Source: Candidatus Undinarchaeales archaeon (GTDB taxonomy: Archaea > SpSt-1190 > JASMDC01). From it: a DNA stretch of 37,446 nucleotides. Positions within the stretch are counted from its first letter, which is position 1. The number at the start of each line of letters is the position of its first letter. Position numbers and translations under genes: made by a program. The stretch covers positions 1 to 37,446 of the forward strand of contig JASMDC010000033.1 of the NCBI GenBank assembly GCA_030753015.1, written 5' to 3'. The notes under the pieces are model-generated. The model was given only the letters and a program-made list of their open reading frames with translations, had not been told where the DNA came from and did not search any database. This document shows positions 17,330-27,354 of the stretch, one piece after another.

Positions 17330-18610
17330 ATGGGGCCCGACAGCCATCCCGATCCCTTTGCAGGAAAGCGCCGCTCACGCTCGACATCCCGCTGCGTGCT
17401 CTGCCGCGGTACAAAGAACCTATGCGGGAAGCGCCGGTGCCCCGTCATCGCCCGGGCGATGGCCCTGTCTCGTACTGAACTGCAGGTCGTGGGGACCGAG
17501 GTGGCCGGCTCCTCCCCGCCGGGAGTGTTCGTGGGCAGGTACGGTTATCCGAAGGTGAGCGTGGGACCCATGCTCCCGCCGTACCACGGCGACACCGCGG
17601 TCCTGGACACACCCGAGGAATGGATGGGGCGCTCCATCCATGAAATAATCAGGTTCCGGTACTCGCTCCTGCGGGGGACGACCCCCGTCCCAGTGACCGA
17701 CCCGGGCGGGAGCCGGCTTGTTTCCGACCTTCAGGAGGTTGCCCTCTCCTCCACGCCCGTGGACGCCGAGGCCCGGTTCACCAAGCGTCCCGGCGGGAAG
17801 ATCAAGCTGAGCGCCAACGTCCAGCCCTTCGGCCCCTCGGCCCCCCTTCGGTCCTTCTCGGTCTCACCGGGGACCGCCGACCGACGGCTGGAGCGATCGT
17901 TCGGGGACACGGACCTCAAGGCAGCGGAGGCGGTGGCAGGACTCTACGATGGTGGGGTGCGGGTGAGCGCCATCCAGCGTGCCATGTCCATCGGTATGCT
18001 CGGTGTCGGCCGCCAGAGGAAGCTGGTCCCGACGCGGTGGAGCATCACTGCCACCGACTCGATCATCTCTGATACCCTGGTCGACAGGGTGAAGGACAAT
18101 CCCACCATCGACGAGTTCAGGGTCCACACCTTCCACAACCTCGACAACATCTACACGGCGATCCTCATGCCCGCCAAGTGGGCCTTCGAGTGGACCGAGG
18201 CCTGGCACCCGTCCTCGGCCTGGAACATGGCCGGGAAGCGGCCGGGGATGATATCCGACAGCGAGCCCTACGAGGGACGGACGACCTATCCGCACATAGG
18301 AGGATGCTATTTCAGCACCCGGCTGGCTGTGGCCGAGCACCTGGCGTCCGAGGGGAAGCAGGCTGCAGCGCTCGTGCTCCGTGAGATCCATCCGGGCTAC
18401 ATCCTCCCTGTCGGCGTATGGAACGTCAGGGAGAGCATCCGGGCGACCCTCAACCAGCCCTACGAGGGCTTCGACGGGTTCGAGGGGGCTTTCCGCCATG
18501 CCCTGGACCAGCTCACCATCGCACGGGAGCACTGGGTGGCTACCTGCGACCTCGTCAAGGACTCGCTCTACCAGAAGCGTCTTACCGACTACATGGGGGC
18601 GAGCGCCTGA
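17330..18610 (+). CDS. nreA: Nre family DNA repair protein
   Basis: CVLCRG..LCGKRRCP, GSSPPGVFVGRYGYPKV, RKLVPTRWSITATD, PVGVWNVRE, C-terminal PIP-like QKRLTDYM. Confidence 0.93.
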   Translation: MGPDSHPDPFAGKRRSRSTSRCVLCRGTKNLCGKRRCPVIARAMALSRTELQVVGTEVAGSSPPGVFVGRYGYPKVSVGPMLPPYHGDTAVLDTPEEWMGRSIHEIIRFRYSLLRGTTPVPVTDPGGSRLVSDLQEVALSSTPVDAEARFTKRPGGKIKLSANVQPFGPSAPLRSFSVSPGTADRRLERSFGDTDLKAAEAVAGLYDGGVRVSAIQRAMSIGMLGVGRQRKLVPTRWSITATDSIISDTLVDRVKDNPTIDEFRVHTFHNLDNIYTAILMPAKWAFEWTEAWHPSSAWNMAGKRPGMISDSEPYEGRTTYPHIGGCYFSTRLAVAEHLASEGKQAAALVLREIHPGYILPVGVWNVRESIRATLNQPYEGFDGFEGAFRHALDQLTIAREHWVATCDLVKDSLYQKRLTDYMGASA

Positions 18611-19404
18611 GCCGGGATGTCCGGGTGAGACCTCAGCGGTGCACCACGGCCCTCTCTTCGAGCGGGCTCCCGGGACTACGGTACGCGCTCAATCCCTACC
18701 TGGGGTGCGCCCATGCCTGCGCGTACTGCTATGCCCCGGCCACCCTCCGCCGTCCCGAGCTGACTGGGACATGGGGGGATGAGGTGTACCCGCGTAACAA
18801 CATCATCGACGTGCTCGCACGTGAGCTCAAGAGACGAGAGCCAGGTCTCGTGGGCATCGGGACGGTCACGGATCCCTACCAGCCTGCCGAGCGCACCTAC
18901 CGCCTCACCCGGGGATCGGTCTCGCTGCTGGCGTCATCGAGATTCCCGTTCCAGGTCCATACCAAGTCCGACCTGGTGCTCCGGGACCTCGACCTCCTCG
19001 TCCGCGCTGGCGGACGGGCTTCCGTGGGGATCACGGTCACGACGCTCGACGAGGATGCAGCGCTACGGATCGAGCCGGGGGCTTCGCCCCCTGCGAAAAG
19101 GGCAGCGGTCCTGCGACGGTGCGCAGCGGAGGGCGTGGCGACATGGGTGTTCCTGGGTCCGGTCATCCCCGGACTGAACGACTCCCCTGCCTCATTGCGA
19201 GCTGTCGTCGATCTGGCAGCAGGGACCGGGTCCCATATCATGCTCGACCGGCTCAACCTGCGTCGAGGCGTGCTCGACCGACTACGTCCGGTGATGCCAT
19301 CCTTACGGCCTGACGACCTGTCCCCGGCATGGTGGCAGCGAGTGATGACCACGGTCTCTGTGGCCTGCAAGGAGGCGGGCCTGCCCTGGCGGTCCGCGTT
19401 CTGA
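18607..19404 (+). CDS. Radical SAM protein (SplB/spore photoproduct lyase-like)
   Basis: LNPYLGCAHACAYCYA (CxxxCxxC), GTVTDPYQ, TKSDLVLRD, EPGA. Start is CTG 18607 (overlaps the nre stop) or GTG 18625. Confidence 0.9.
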   Translation: MSRDVRVRPQRCTTALSSSGLPGLRYALNPYLGCAHACAYCYAPATLRRPELTGTWGDEVYPRNNIIDVLARELKRREPGLVGIGTVTDPYQPAERTYRLTRGSVSLLASSRFPFQVHTKSDLVLRDLDLLVRAGGRASVGITVTTLDEDAALRIEPGASPPAKRAAVLRRCAAEGVATWVFLGPVIPGLNDSPASLRAVVDLAAGTGSHIMLDRLNLRRGVLDRLRPVMPSLRPDDLSPAWWQRVMTTVSVACKEAGLPWRSAF

Positions 19405-19411
19405 GGGACGA

Positions 19412-21673
19412 TCAACTGACGCTCGCGCGTCCCACTGCGACCGCTCCGTCCCTTTCCATGGCCACGTCCCGTCCGTCGAGCCTGATGGCAACCACTTCCA
19501 CGGGCGCATGGACGCGGAGGGAGATGAACCGTAGCTCGTCCGCGTACCCATCATGGACGACCTCGCGACGCACATCGGCAACACCATCGTTGATGGTGCA
19601 AATGATCCGTGTGAGCTGATAATCCCCGTGCTCGTAAGCAAGCGACCTGCCGTCGTCATCATACACCTCGCACACGGCCTCCCCCTCGGTGGGAGCGAAC
19701 ACATGGAGCGTGAGCTCGTCGCCCCGCTCCTTTGTGCTCGCGCCGTAGTTGCGTGCAGGGATGATGGCCCCCTCGCGAGCGTAGAGCGGCAGCGTGCCCA
19801 ATGGCGCATACGCCACGATGTGACAGCAACCCTCGTGCCGCTCACCCGTCCACCAGTCGGTCCAAGTGCCCGCGGGAAGGTACACGAGCCTGTGCCGACG
19901 GCCGGGGAGGTACACAGGCGCCACGAGGAGATCACGCCCCCAGAGGTACTGATCGTCGCACCGGAGCGTCTCTGGATCGTCCGGATGCTCCACAAGGAGC
20001 GCCCGCATCACCGGTACTCCGGTGAGCGATGCCTCGCGGAAGCAGCCGTAGGTGTAGGGCAAAAGCTCGTACCGGAGGCGGATGTACCGGCGACAGATGT
20101 CCTCTACCTCAGGGCCGAAGGACCAGGGCTCCTGGTCCTCCTTCTCCCTGGTGTGCGCGCGGAAGAACGGGCTGAAGGCGCCCAGCTGCGTCCATCTTAC
20201 GAAGAGCTCGGCAGAAGGATGGTAGTTGAACCCGCCGACGTCCGTTCCCACGAACGGCACGCCGGACAGGCCGAGGTTCAGGCACATGGGCATGGCCATG
20301 AGGAGGTGCTCCCAGATCGCACCGTTGTCACCGGTCCACACCGCAGCATAGCGCTGGATGCCCGTGAAACCCGCCCGCGTGAGCAGGAAGGGCCGCTCAT
20401 CGGGCCGGGCCTGTCTGAGGCCGTCCACGGTGGCCGCTGCCTCGAGCAAGGCATAGATGTTATGGACCGTGGCATGAGCGCCGGTGGCGTGCATGACGTC
20501 ATCGGGAAGAGTGTTATCGGGCTTATCGAAGGTCGCAGGCTCGTTCATGTCGTTCCAGATACCGGCCAGCCCCTGCGCGATCCACTGCGCGTTCAGCCCA
20601 GCCCACCAATCGCGCACGTCCGCCCGAGTGAAATCGGGGAACCCGGCGCGCTTGGGCCAGACCTTGCCCAGGTACACCTCGCCCGTGGGTGTCGTACAGA
20701 AGTACCCGCGCTCGAGCCCCTCCACCCATACCGGGTACCGTACGCTCTTGGAGATCCCAGGGTCCACGATCGTCACCAGATCAAACCCGTCCTCTTGCAG
20801 GTCTGCGATGAGCCCTTCCGGATCGGGGAACTCCTTCCGGTCCCAGGTGAAGCACCGGTACCGGTCCATGTAATCGATGTCCAGCCAGATGGCGTCACAG
20901 GGGACGTCCTTCTCGCGGAAGGTCCGGGCGAGCTCGCGCACCCGGTCGGCCGGGTGATAGCTCCAGCGGCACTGGTGATACCCGAGAGACCAGAGCGGTG
21001 GCAGGGGCATGTGACCCGTGAGGTCGGCGAGGCGTCGGAGGACGTCCTTTACGGTGGGGCCCTCAAGCACGAACAGGCCCGCAGGACCACCGGTCGCGCC
21101 GAAGGCGATGTCGCCGTTACCGCTCCTGTCCAGCACCATATAGGTGCGCTGGACGTTGTCGAACAGGATTCCGAAGGCCCGCCCGCGGCAGAGCACGATG
21201 ACGAAAGGATGCGACTGGTACAGCCGTCGAGTGGCCGATGTGTGGTCCCCGTTGGCGTCCGTGTTCCAGTTCTCCAGCATCTCGCCGGTCTTGTCCAGGA
21301 AGCCGGTCCGCTCCCCCCCGCCGTAATACGACGAGCCTTGCTCGACACGTCCGTCGATGGTGATAGAACCGTCGTCTTTGCGCGACGCACGCAGCTCCGT
21401 CAGGATGGGTCCGCCCCCGATACGAGACACGTCCACCCTGTCCCGGTTCCTATCAACGCTCACCCGAAGATCCTCCGTGGCGTACGCCGGTCCCGTGGAG
21501 AGCCGTTCCTCTGAGGGTGGGATCCCATCACCTGTAGGGACCACTGCAAAAGAGTCGGGCCCCTCCTCGCCGAACCGGATGCGGGTGATGCCCGTAGCGG
21601 GAAAGGTGACCATCGCAGGTGCCAGGGGCGTTGGTGGTGATGGTTGATCAGGCTCGGAGATCCTGCCTGTCAT
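19412..21673 (-). CDS. Glycoside hydrolase family 31 (alpha-glucosidase)
   Basis: GYHQCRWSY, WLDIDYM, GIWNDMNEP (nucleophile), WTGDN (acid/base), GTDVGGF, FFRAH. Confidence 0.95.
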   Translation of the reverse strand: MTGRISEPDQPSPPTPLAPAMVTFPATGITRIRFGEEGPDSFAVVPTGDGIPPSEERLSTGPAYATEDLRVSVDRNRDRVDVSRIGGGPILTELRASRKDDGSITIDGRVEQGSSYYGGGERTGFLDKTGEMLENWNTDANGDHTSATRRLYQSHPFVIVLCRGRAFGILFDNVQRTYMVLDRSGNGDIAFGATGGPAGLFVLEGPTVKDVLRRLADLTGHMPLPPLWSLGYHQCRWSYHPADRVRELARTFREKDVPCDAIWLDIDYMDRYRCFTWDRKEFPDPEGLIADLQEDGFDLVTIVDPGISKSVRYPVWVEGLERGYFCTTPTGEVYLGKVWPKRAGFPDFTRADVRDWWAGLNAQWIAQGLAGIWNDMNEPATFDKPDNTLPDDVMHATGAHATVHNIYALLEAAATVDGLRQARPDERPFLLTRAGFTGIQRYAAVWTGDNGAIWEHLLMAMPMCLNLGLSGVPFVGTDVGGFNYHPSAELFVRWTQLGAFSPFFRAHTREKEDQEPWSFGPEVEDICRRYIRLRYELLPYTYGCFREASLTGVPVMRALLVEHPDDPETLRCDDQYLWGRDLLVAPVYLPGRRHRLVYLPAGTWTDWWTGERHEGCCHIVAYAPLGTLPLYAREGAIIPARNYGASTKERGDELTLHVFAPTEGEAVCEVYDDDGRSLAYEHGDYQLTRIICTINDGVADVRREVVHDGYADELRFISLRVHAPVEVVAIRLDGRDVAMERDGAVAVGRASVS

Positions 21674-21758
21674 GCTCCCTGTCCATGGCCCATTCCTTTA
21701 TATCTGGTATCCCAGCGGATGGATAAGCGTCATAAACGATGAGCGACTAGTAGTATGT

Positions 21759-21923
21759 ATGCAGGGATCCTCTCACGGCTCGCCACGCATCTGTATCCGC
21801 GACGGCCAGCAGTACTACAAGCAGGACTGCGAGATGAAAAGGTGCCTCGACATCGCTCGATGCTGGCCACCCGAGGACGAATCTGGCAACCAGGGAGTTC
21901 AGCAGGGCATCTTCCAGTTCTGA
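21759..21923 (+). CDS. Putative small 4-Cys protein (54 aa) with C-terminal PIP-like motif
   Basis: MQGSSHGSPRICIRDGQQYYKQDCEMKRCLDIARCWPPEDESGNQGVQQGIFQF. GC3-biased codons. Fills the gap between GH31 and pgk. Confidence 0.5.
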   Translation: MQGSSHGSPRICIRDGQQYYKQDCEMKRCLDIARCWPPEDESGNQGVQQGIFQF

Positions 21924-21930
21924 GCCGAGC

Positions 21931-23103
21931 CTAGCAGCTCTTCATCCGCCGGGCGCTCTCCTCCAGCGCGGCGATACCGGGGAGCACCCTCCCCTCGAGG
22001 AAGGACATGGACGCCCCACCTCCCGTGGAGACATGGGTGACATCGTCGGCAAAACCCATGCCCTCGATGGCCGCTGCCGAGTCGCCGCCACCGATGATGC
22101 TCACTGCCTCGGAGCCGGCGATCGCTCTGGCAACTGACCTCGTACCGTTGGCGAAGCGTTCCCACTCGAACCTGCCCATGGGCCCGTTCCATACCACGGT
22201 GCGAGCGTCTGCGATGATGGACTCGTACAGCTCCATGGTCTTTGGGCCTATGTCCAGCCCGATATCGGTCTCACCGATACTGTCGACGTCGACTTCCCGG
22301 GCCGTAGCCTCGGGCTCCATGTCGGCCGCCACGGTCGTGTCGACAGGGATCGTGATCTTGGGATCGGCAAGGAGCTCGCGCGCCAGATCGAGCTTGTCCA
22401 CCTCCACGAGGGACCTACCGGTGGTCTTTCCCTGGGCGCGGAGGAACGTGTACATCATGGCGCCGCCGATGAGGATGCGGTCCACCTTGCCGAGTAGGTT
22501 GCGGATCACCTCGATCTTATCGGACACCTTGACACCACCCATGATTGCGACGAACGGGTGCTCGGGCACAGCGAGCGCCGCTCCCATGACATCCAGCTCC
22601 TTCTGAACAAGGAGGCCCGCTGCCGCGGGGAGCAGGCGTGCTACCGCGTCCACCGACGCGTGTGCTCTGTGACATGTGCCGAAGGCGTCGTTGACGTACA
22701 CGTCGCCGTAAGCGGCGAGCTTTGCGGCGAACGCGTCGTCGTTGCCCTTCTCCTCGACATGGAACCTGAGGTTCTCCAGCATGATGATGCGGTCGTGGGG
22801 TATGTCCACCGCGATGCAGTCGTGCACCTTGGCCACGGCTATGCCCAGGAGGTTACCTAGACAAATGGCCACAGGGTCCATCCGGAGCGAGTCGACCACC
22901 TTCCCCTTGGGCTTGCCGAGATGGCTGCACAGCACGACCTGCTTCGCACCCCGCTCCAGGATTGTGCGGATGGTGGGCAGGGCAGCACGGATGCGCTTGT
23001 CGTTGGCGACCTCACCGTCGTCGGTGAGGGGGACGTTGAAGTCGACGCGCACGAGGACGCGCTTGTTCGCAAGGTCGAGGTCATCGAGGGTAAGGAACTC
23101 CAT
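21931..23103 (-). CDS. pgk: Phosphoglycerate kinase (bacterial-type)
   Basis: RVLVRVDFNVPL, SHLGKP, LENLRF, NDAFGTCHRAHAS, KVSDKI, WNGPMG, GGGDS, STGGGAS. Start ATG 23103. Confidence 0.97.
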   Translation of the reverse strand: MEFLTLDDLDLANKRVLVRVDFNVPLTDDGEVANDKRIRAALPTIRTILERGAKQVVLCSHLGKPKGKVVDSLRMDPVAICLGNLLGIAVAKVHDCIAVDIPHDRIIMLENLRFHVEEKGNDDAFAAKLAAYGDVYVNDAFGTCHRAHASVDAVARLLPAAAGLLVQKELDVMGAALAVPEHPFVAIMGGVKVSDKIEVIRNLLGKVDRILIGGAMMYTFLRAQGKTTGRSLVEVDKLDLARELLADPKITIPVDTTVAADMEPEATAREVDVDSIGETDIGLDIGPKTMELYESIIADARTVVWNGPMGRFEWERFANGTRSVARAIAGSEAVSIIGGGDSAAAIEGMGFADDVTHVSTGGGASMSFLEGRVLPGIAALEESARRMKSC

Positions 23104-23234
23104 GGCCGATCGGTTGGCACGAGCAGGTTCGCGTTTAAAACACTTTCCCTGGTGCGTGAGCTTGCTCCATGGCCGCCCGGGCCCGCTCTTTTCAGCAATG
23201 TTTATATAGCGGCTGCCCAACCGACGGGCACTGG

Positions 23235-23768
23235 ATGGATGGGGAAACGTTTTATCGGGAAGACATCGAGCTGGCTCTCGACGGGTACATGGATGTCTAC
23301 CATGCCCGGGACCCAGGACCGCTCGAGCACCGGGACATCGAGGACCACGTGGTATCCTACATCGAACAGTCGTACCATGAGCTCGCTGACCCTGAGGACG
23401 TGACCCTGAAGATCTACCTGCCCGGTGTCGAGCGGGACGAGTCGATGGAGGACGCTCTTACCGAGTCGATCCATAACTACTTCGAGTTCACGGAGCGGGA
23501 GGCGCGCAAGGAGCTGCGCCATCACTACTTCAAATCTGCCGGATTGGCGGTCATGGGAGCAGGGTTCATCGCCGGGAGCGCGTTCGTGCCGGTACTGGCC
23601 GGGGTGGGCATTGGCGCCTCGATCGCTGCCGAGATCATAGGCATTGGTGGCTGGGTCGGCGAGTGGAACGCTATCTCCAACATACTCTTCGATAGCGGGG
23701 ACAAACGTGGGACTGTCGCTATGTACGACCGGCTCTCCGAGGCAAATGTCGAGTTCGTGTACGACTAA
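23235..23768 (+). CDS. Hypothetical membrane protein (2 C-terminal TM helices)
   Basis: 177 aa from ATG 23235, TTTATATA at 23201-23208, DPGPLEHRDI and GWVGEW motifs. Confidence 0.8.
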   Translation: MDGETFYREDIELALDGYMDVYHARDPGPLEHRDIEDHVVSYIEQSYHELADPEDVTLKIYLPGVERDESMEDALTESIHNYFEFTEREARKELRHHYFKSAGLAVMGAGFIAGSAFVPVLAGVGIGASIAAEIIGIGGWVGEWNAISNILFDSGDKRGTVAMYDRLSEANVEFVYD

Positions 23769-24073
23769 CCGTCCAGATTCTTCGACCACGCGTCGAGCTT
23801 CTCGTTGAGCACCTCTGAGCTCTCGAGGACCTTGTCCTGCGTGATCTCGAAGTCGAATATCAGGGACTCGATACCCAGGATCGTCACCGCAAGGATGGTC
23901 ATGCAGAACACCATTGAGATGATGCCCCGGTTCACCCTCATGACCGACAAGAACTCGTTCTGCATGAACGAACCCATGGGGATATAGACGGCACAGATGA
24001 GAAAGGCAAGAACCAGGATGCCGGTGACCGTCACGGTGTATACACCGGAGATGCGCTGCTTAGATTTTTCCAT
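23765..24073 (-). CDS. Hypothetical small membrane protein (2 TM)
   Basis: 102 aa, GGTGG RBS before ATG 24073, two hydrophobic helices. Confidence 0.7.
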   Translation of the reverse strand: MEKSKQRISGVYTVTVTGILVLAFLICAVYIPMGSFMQNEFLSVMRVNRGIISMVFCMTILAVTILGIESLIFDFEITQDKVLESSEVLNEKLDAWSKNLDG

Positions 24074-24194
24074 TGCCACCACCTGAATGAATAGGGTATT
24101 CTCAAACTTTATATCACTCAGTTTTTCTCTGCGGCGGTCCCGCGGTCCGTGGAAAGGTTTTTATCACTGCATGGCCGTCTCTTGTGCAAAGGCC

Positions 24195-27100
24195 ATGGTC
24201 GCCTCGTGCGCGGTCGGGCCAGGGGGCATCGTTCTGGGTCCGGACGAATCCGATGGGAGAGGTCGGCTCATCCGTGAGCTCGGGGACCTTCGCAGGCTCA
24301 TCGCTGAACTCGAGGAGGAGGAACTGCGTCGTGCGACGACCGAGAGGGAGCTCGCTGCGAGCGAGAAGCGGTACCGCTCCATATTCGAGCTCTCCCCCGA
24401 GACCATCGTCATGCTCGACCGGACGGGGACGGTGCTCGATATCAACGAACGGGTACATGACCTGGTAGGCTACGCGCCCAAGGAGATCATCGGCAAGCGC
24501 CTCATCGCCCTCCCCTTCCTCACGCGAGAGAGCAAGCTAACGGCAATCGCCAGGTTCGCCAAGCGCATGAGCGGGAGAAAGGTCGGACCATACGAGCTCA
24601 AGTTCGTGACCAAGGACGGCGACTATGTGATCGGTCTCGTACAAGCGACCCCCATCAAGGACGAAGAGGGCAGCATCGACGGCGACCTCGTGATGGTCTC
24701 AGATATCACGACACGCAAGTACGCGGAGGAGCGCAGGTTGCATGACAGGGGGCTGTACAAGGGTATCGCCGATAACACCCAGGATGGCCTGGTGGTCATC
24801 ATCGGCGGGAAGATCACCTATGTCAACGACCGGGTCAAGCAGATCCTCGGCTACTCGAAGAGTGAACTGGAGGGAATGAGCGGCCTCGACCTCGCGCCTC
24901 CCGAGGAGCACGACCGCATGAAGAGCTTCATGGAACGGGTGTTACGCAAGGGCGCACCGCCGGAGATGCTCGCCTTCTGGGCAGTGTGCAAGGACGGTAC
25001 CAGGCGCTACGTGCAGTACCGGTATTCCTCATTGCACCTCGGTGAGGGCGAGGACGGATACCTCGTCGTCATCACGGACATCACCGAGCGCAAGCGTGCC
25101 GAGGAAAAATTGGAGAAGAGCAAGGACCGATTCAGCACCATCTTCCACGCCGCCCCCGTGTCTCTTTGGGAGGAGGACCTGAGCGAGGTAATGGAAGCTG
25201 TCGATCGTGTCAAGGCGTCGGGCGTGAGGGATTTCCGCAGCTATCTGGAGGGACACCCTGAGTTCATCCGGAAGGCTGCAGGGATGATTAAGGTCGTCGA
25301 CGTCAACGAGGCAACCCTCCGAATGTACGGTGCCCGTACTAAAGAGGAGCTCCTCGGTTCCTTGTACAAGGTGTTCACACCCGAGTCGTTCGACGTTTTC
25401 AGTGAGGAGCTCATAGCCATTGAGAAAGGGAAAACGTACTTCGAGGCCGAGGCTGTCAACAAGACCCTCCAGGGTAAGCGAATGGATATCCTGATAACAC
25501 TTTCAATACCGTCTGGGACGACCGGATTCAAGAGCCTGATAGTGGGCATTATGGATATCACGGCCCGCAAACAGGTGGAGCAAGAGCTCAAGGAGAGCCG
25601 TGCCCTCTACAAGACAGTAACGGAGAGCACCAAGGACGGCCTCGTCCTCATCCGCGAGGGACGGATGGTGTACGCCAACGACCGGGTGTGCGATATCCTC
25701 GGGTATTCACACGAGGAGTTCAAGGTGCTCTCAGGCCTGGATCTCGCGGCACCGGAGGAGCGGCCACGGTTGATGGACTTCATGAGACGTGTCTTGAAGG
25801 AGGGCGAACCCCCTGGGGAACTGGAGTTCTGGATCGTCCGGAAGGACGGTGAACGGCGGTGTGTCCAGTACCGCTACTCGCCCATCGCCAACGACGAGCG
25901 GGGAGCGGGATACCTCGTGCTCGTCACCGATGTCACGATGCGAAAGCATGCTGAGGAGGAGCTCAACAGCTGGTTGTTGCTCGAGAAGGTCATCGCTGAC
26001 ATATCCTCCCGCTTCGTCGGTGTGTACGACATGGACGAGGCCATCGACGCCACCCTCGAGGACATGGGGACCATGAGCGGTGCGGGCCGTGCCTACATCT
26101 TCTTCATGAGCGAGGATGGTACGACCATGGACAACACAAATGAATGGTGTGCCGAGGGCATCAGCTCGAAAAAGGACACGCTCAAGGGAGTGCCTTCCTC
26201 GATCTTCCCCTGGATCAATGCACGGCTCCGTCGCGGCGAGGTCGTGCACGTACCCGATGTGGCGAAATTGCCATCGAAGGCGATTGAGGAGAAGCGTGCC
26301 CTCGAGGAACATGGAGTGAAGTCCATCCTCGCACTGCCCTTGATGGTCCACGGTACGCTCGCCGGCTCAATCGGTCTGGACAACCTCAACGAGGGTGGTG
26401 AGTGGCACGAGGACGTCCTCACCCTCTTGAAGAGGACCTCGCGTGTCATCAGCAACGCCCTCGAGCGCTGGCGCGCCGAGGAAGCGCTCGTCAGGAGCGA
26501 ACGCAAGTACCGCACCCTCGTGGAGACGCTCCCTCAGCGTGTCTTCCACAAGGATCGGGACTCAGTCTACATTTCGTGCAACGAGTGCTATGCTCGCGAC
26601 CTCGGTATTGCTCCCGACGAGATAGCGGGGAGGACAGACCTCGAATTCTACCCGAAGGCTCTTGCACAGAAGTACCGTGCTGACGATAGACGCATCATGG
26701 AGAACGGGCGGATCGAGGAGCTCGAGGAGCGGTACATCAAGGACGGCAAGGAGGTCTGGATCCGCACCGTCAAGGTCCCCGTCAAGGACGGGGATGGGAA
26801 CGTCATCGGTGTGATGGGCATATTCTCGGACATAACCGAGCAGAAGAGAGACCAGGACGACCTCCGGAGGGAGCACAAGCTCCTCTCCCGTGTCGCTGAG
26901 AAGATACCTGCCGCTATCGTCGTCGCTGACCGCAAGGGCCGCATAACGTTCGCCAATCAACGAGCGGAGGACGTTCTGGGCCTAACGAAGGACGCGATCA
27001 CCCAGCTGACCTACAATGCACCCGAATGGAAGATCACTGCCATCGATGGCAGACCACTACCCGAGGAGAAGCTACCCTTCAGGTTGGTCCGGGACTCCAA

Positions 27101-27320
27101 GCGGTCCCAATCGGGGATACTCCTCGCCATCGAGTGGCCCGGGGGCAAGCGCGTTGGCATCTCCACGGACGGATCCCCGATCATGGGCTCGGAGGGCGAG
27201 GTCGATGCGGTGGTGTTCACCTTGAAGAACGTGCCCCTCAAGCGAACGAGAACGCGTGGGAAAAAGGATGTGGATAATGGCCTCACGGGGAGACGGAAGG
27301 GCTCTACAAGGTCCCGCTGA
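24195..27320 (+). CDS. Multi-PAS/PAC + GAF sensor protein without a recognisable output domain
   Basis: About six PAS/PAC units (DITTRK, DITERK, DITARK, DVTMRK, DITEQK junctions) and one GAF (AYIF...EWCAEG...ILALPL...GSIGLD). No H/N/G boxes or GGDEF seen. Start uncertain. Confidence 0.9.
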   Translation: MVASCAVGPGGIVLGPDESDGRGRLIRELGDLRRLIAELEEEELRRATTERELAASEKRYRSIFELSPETIVMLDRTGTVLDINERVHDLVGYAPKEIIGKRLIALPFLTRESKLTAIARFAKRMSGRKVGPYELKFVTKDGDYVIGLVQATPIKDEEGSIDGDLVMVSDITTRKYAEERRLHDRGLYKGIADNTQDGLVVIIGGKITYVNDRVKQILGYSKSELEGMSGLDLAPPEEHDRMKSFMERVLRKGAPPEMLAFWAVCKDGTRRYVQYRYSSLHLGEGEDGYLVVITDITERKRAEEKLEKSKDRFSTIFHAAPVSLWEEDLSEVMEAVDRVKASGVRDFRSYLEGHPEFIRKAAGMIKVVDVNEATLRMYGARTKEELLGSLYKVFTPESFDVFSEELIAIEKGKTYFEAEAVNKTLQGKRMDILITLSIPSGTTGFKSLIVGIMDITARKQVEQELKESRALYKTVTESTKDGLVLIREGRMVYANDRVCDILGYSHEEFKVLSGLDLAAPEERPRLMDFMRRVLKEGEPPGELEFWIVRKDGERRCVQYRYSPIANDERGAGYLVLVTDVTMRKHAEEELNSWLLLEKVIADISSRFVGVYDMDEAIDATLEDMGTMSGAGRAYIFFMSEDGTTMDNTNEWCAEGISSKKDTLKGVPSSIFPWINARLRRGEVVHVPDVAKLPSKAIEEKRALEEHGVKSILALPLMVHGTLAGSIGLDNLNEGGEWHEDVLTLLKRTSRVISNALERWRAEEALVRSERKYRTLVETLPQRVFHKDRDSVYISCNECYARDLGIAPDEIAGRTDLEFYPKALAQKYRADDRRIMENGRIEELEERYIKDGKEVWIRTVKVPVKDGDGNVIGVMGIFSDITEQKRDQDDLRREHKLLSRVAEKIPAAIVVADRKGRITFANQRAEDVLGLTKDAITQLTYNAPEWKITAIDGRPLPEEKLPFRLVRDSKRSQSGILLAIEWPGGKRVGISTDGSPIMGSEGEVDAVVFTLKNVPLKRTRTRGKKDVDNGLTGRRKGSTRSR

Positions 27321-27354
27321 CAGCTTTATTAAGCATGAAAGGGCACTTTGGTCT

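Noticed and set aside
19553-21514. 653-aa ORF antisense to GH31, and similar long shadows such as 31683-33104, 16029-17252, 6882-7874 and 35563-36426
   Set aside because: These are antisense shadows produced by high GC3 codon bias in real genes, with no motifs of their own.
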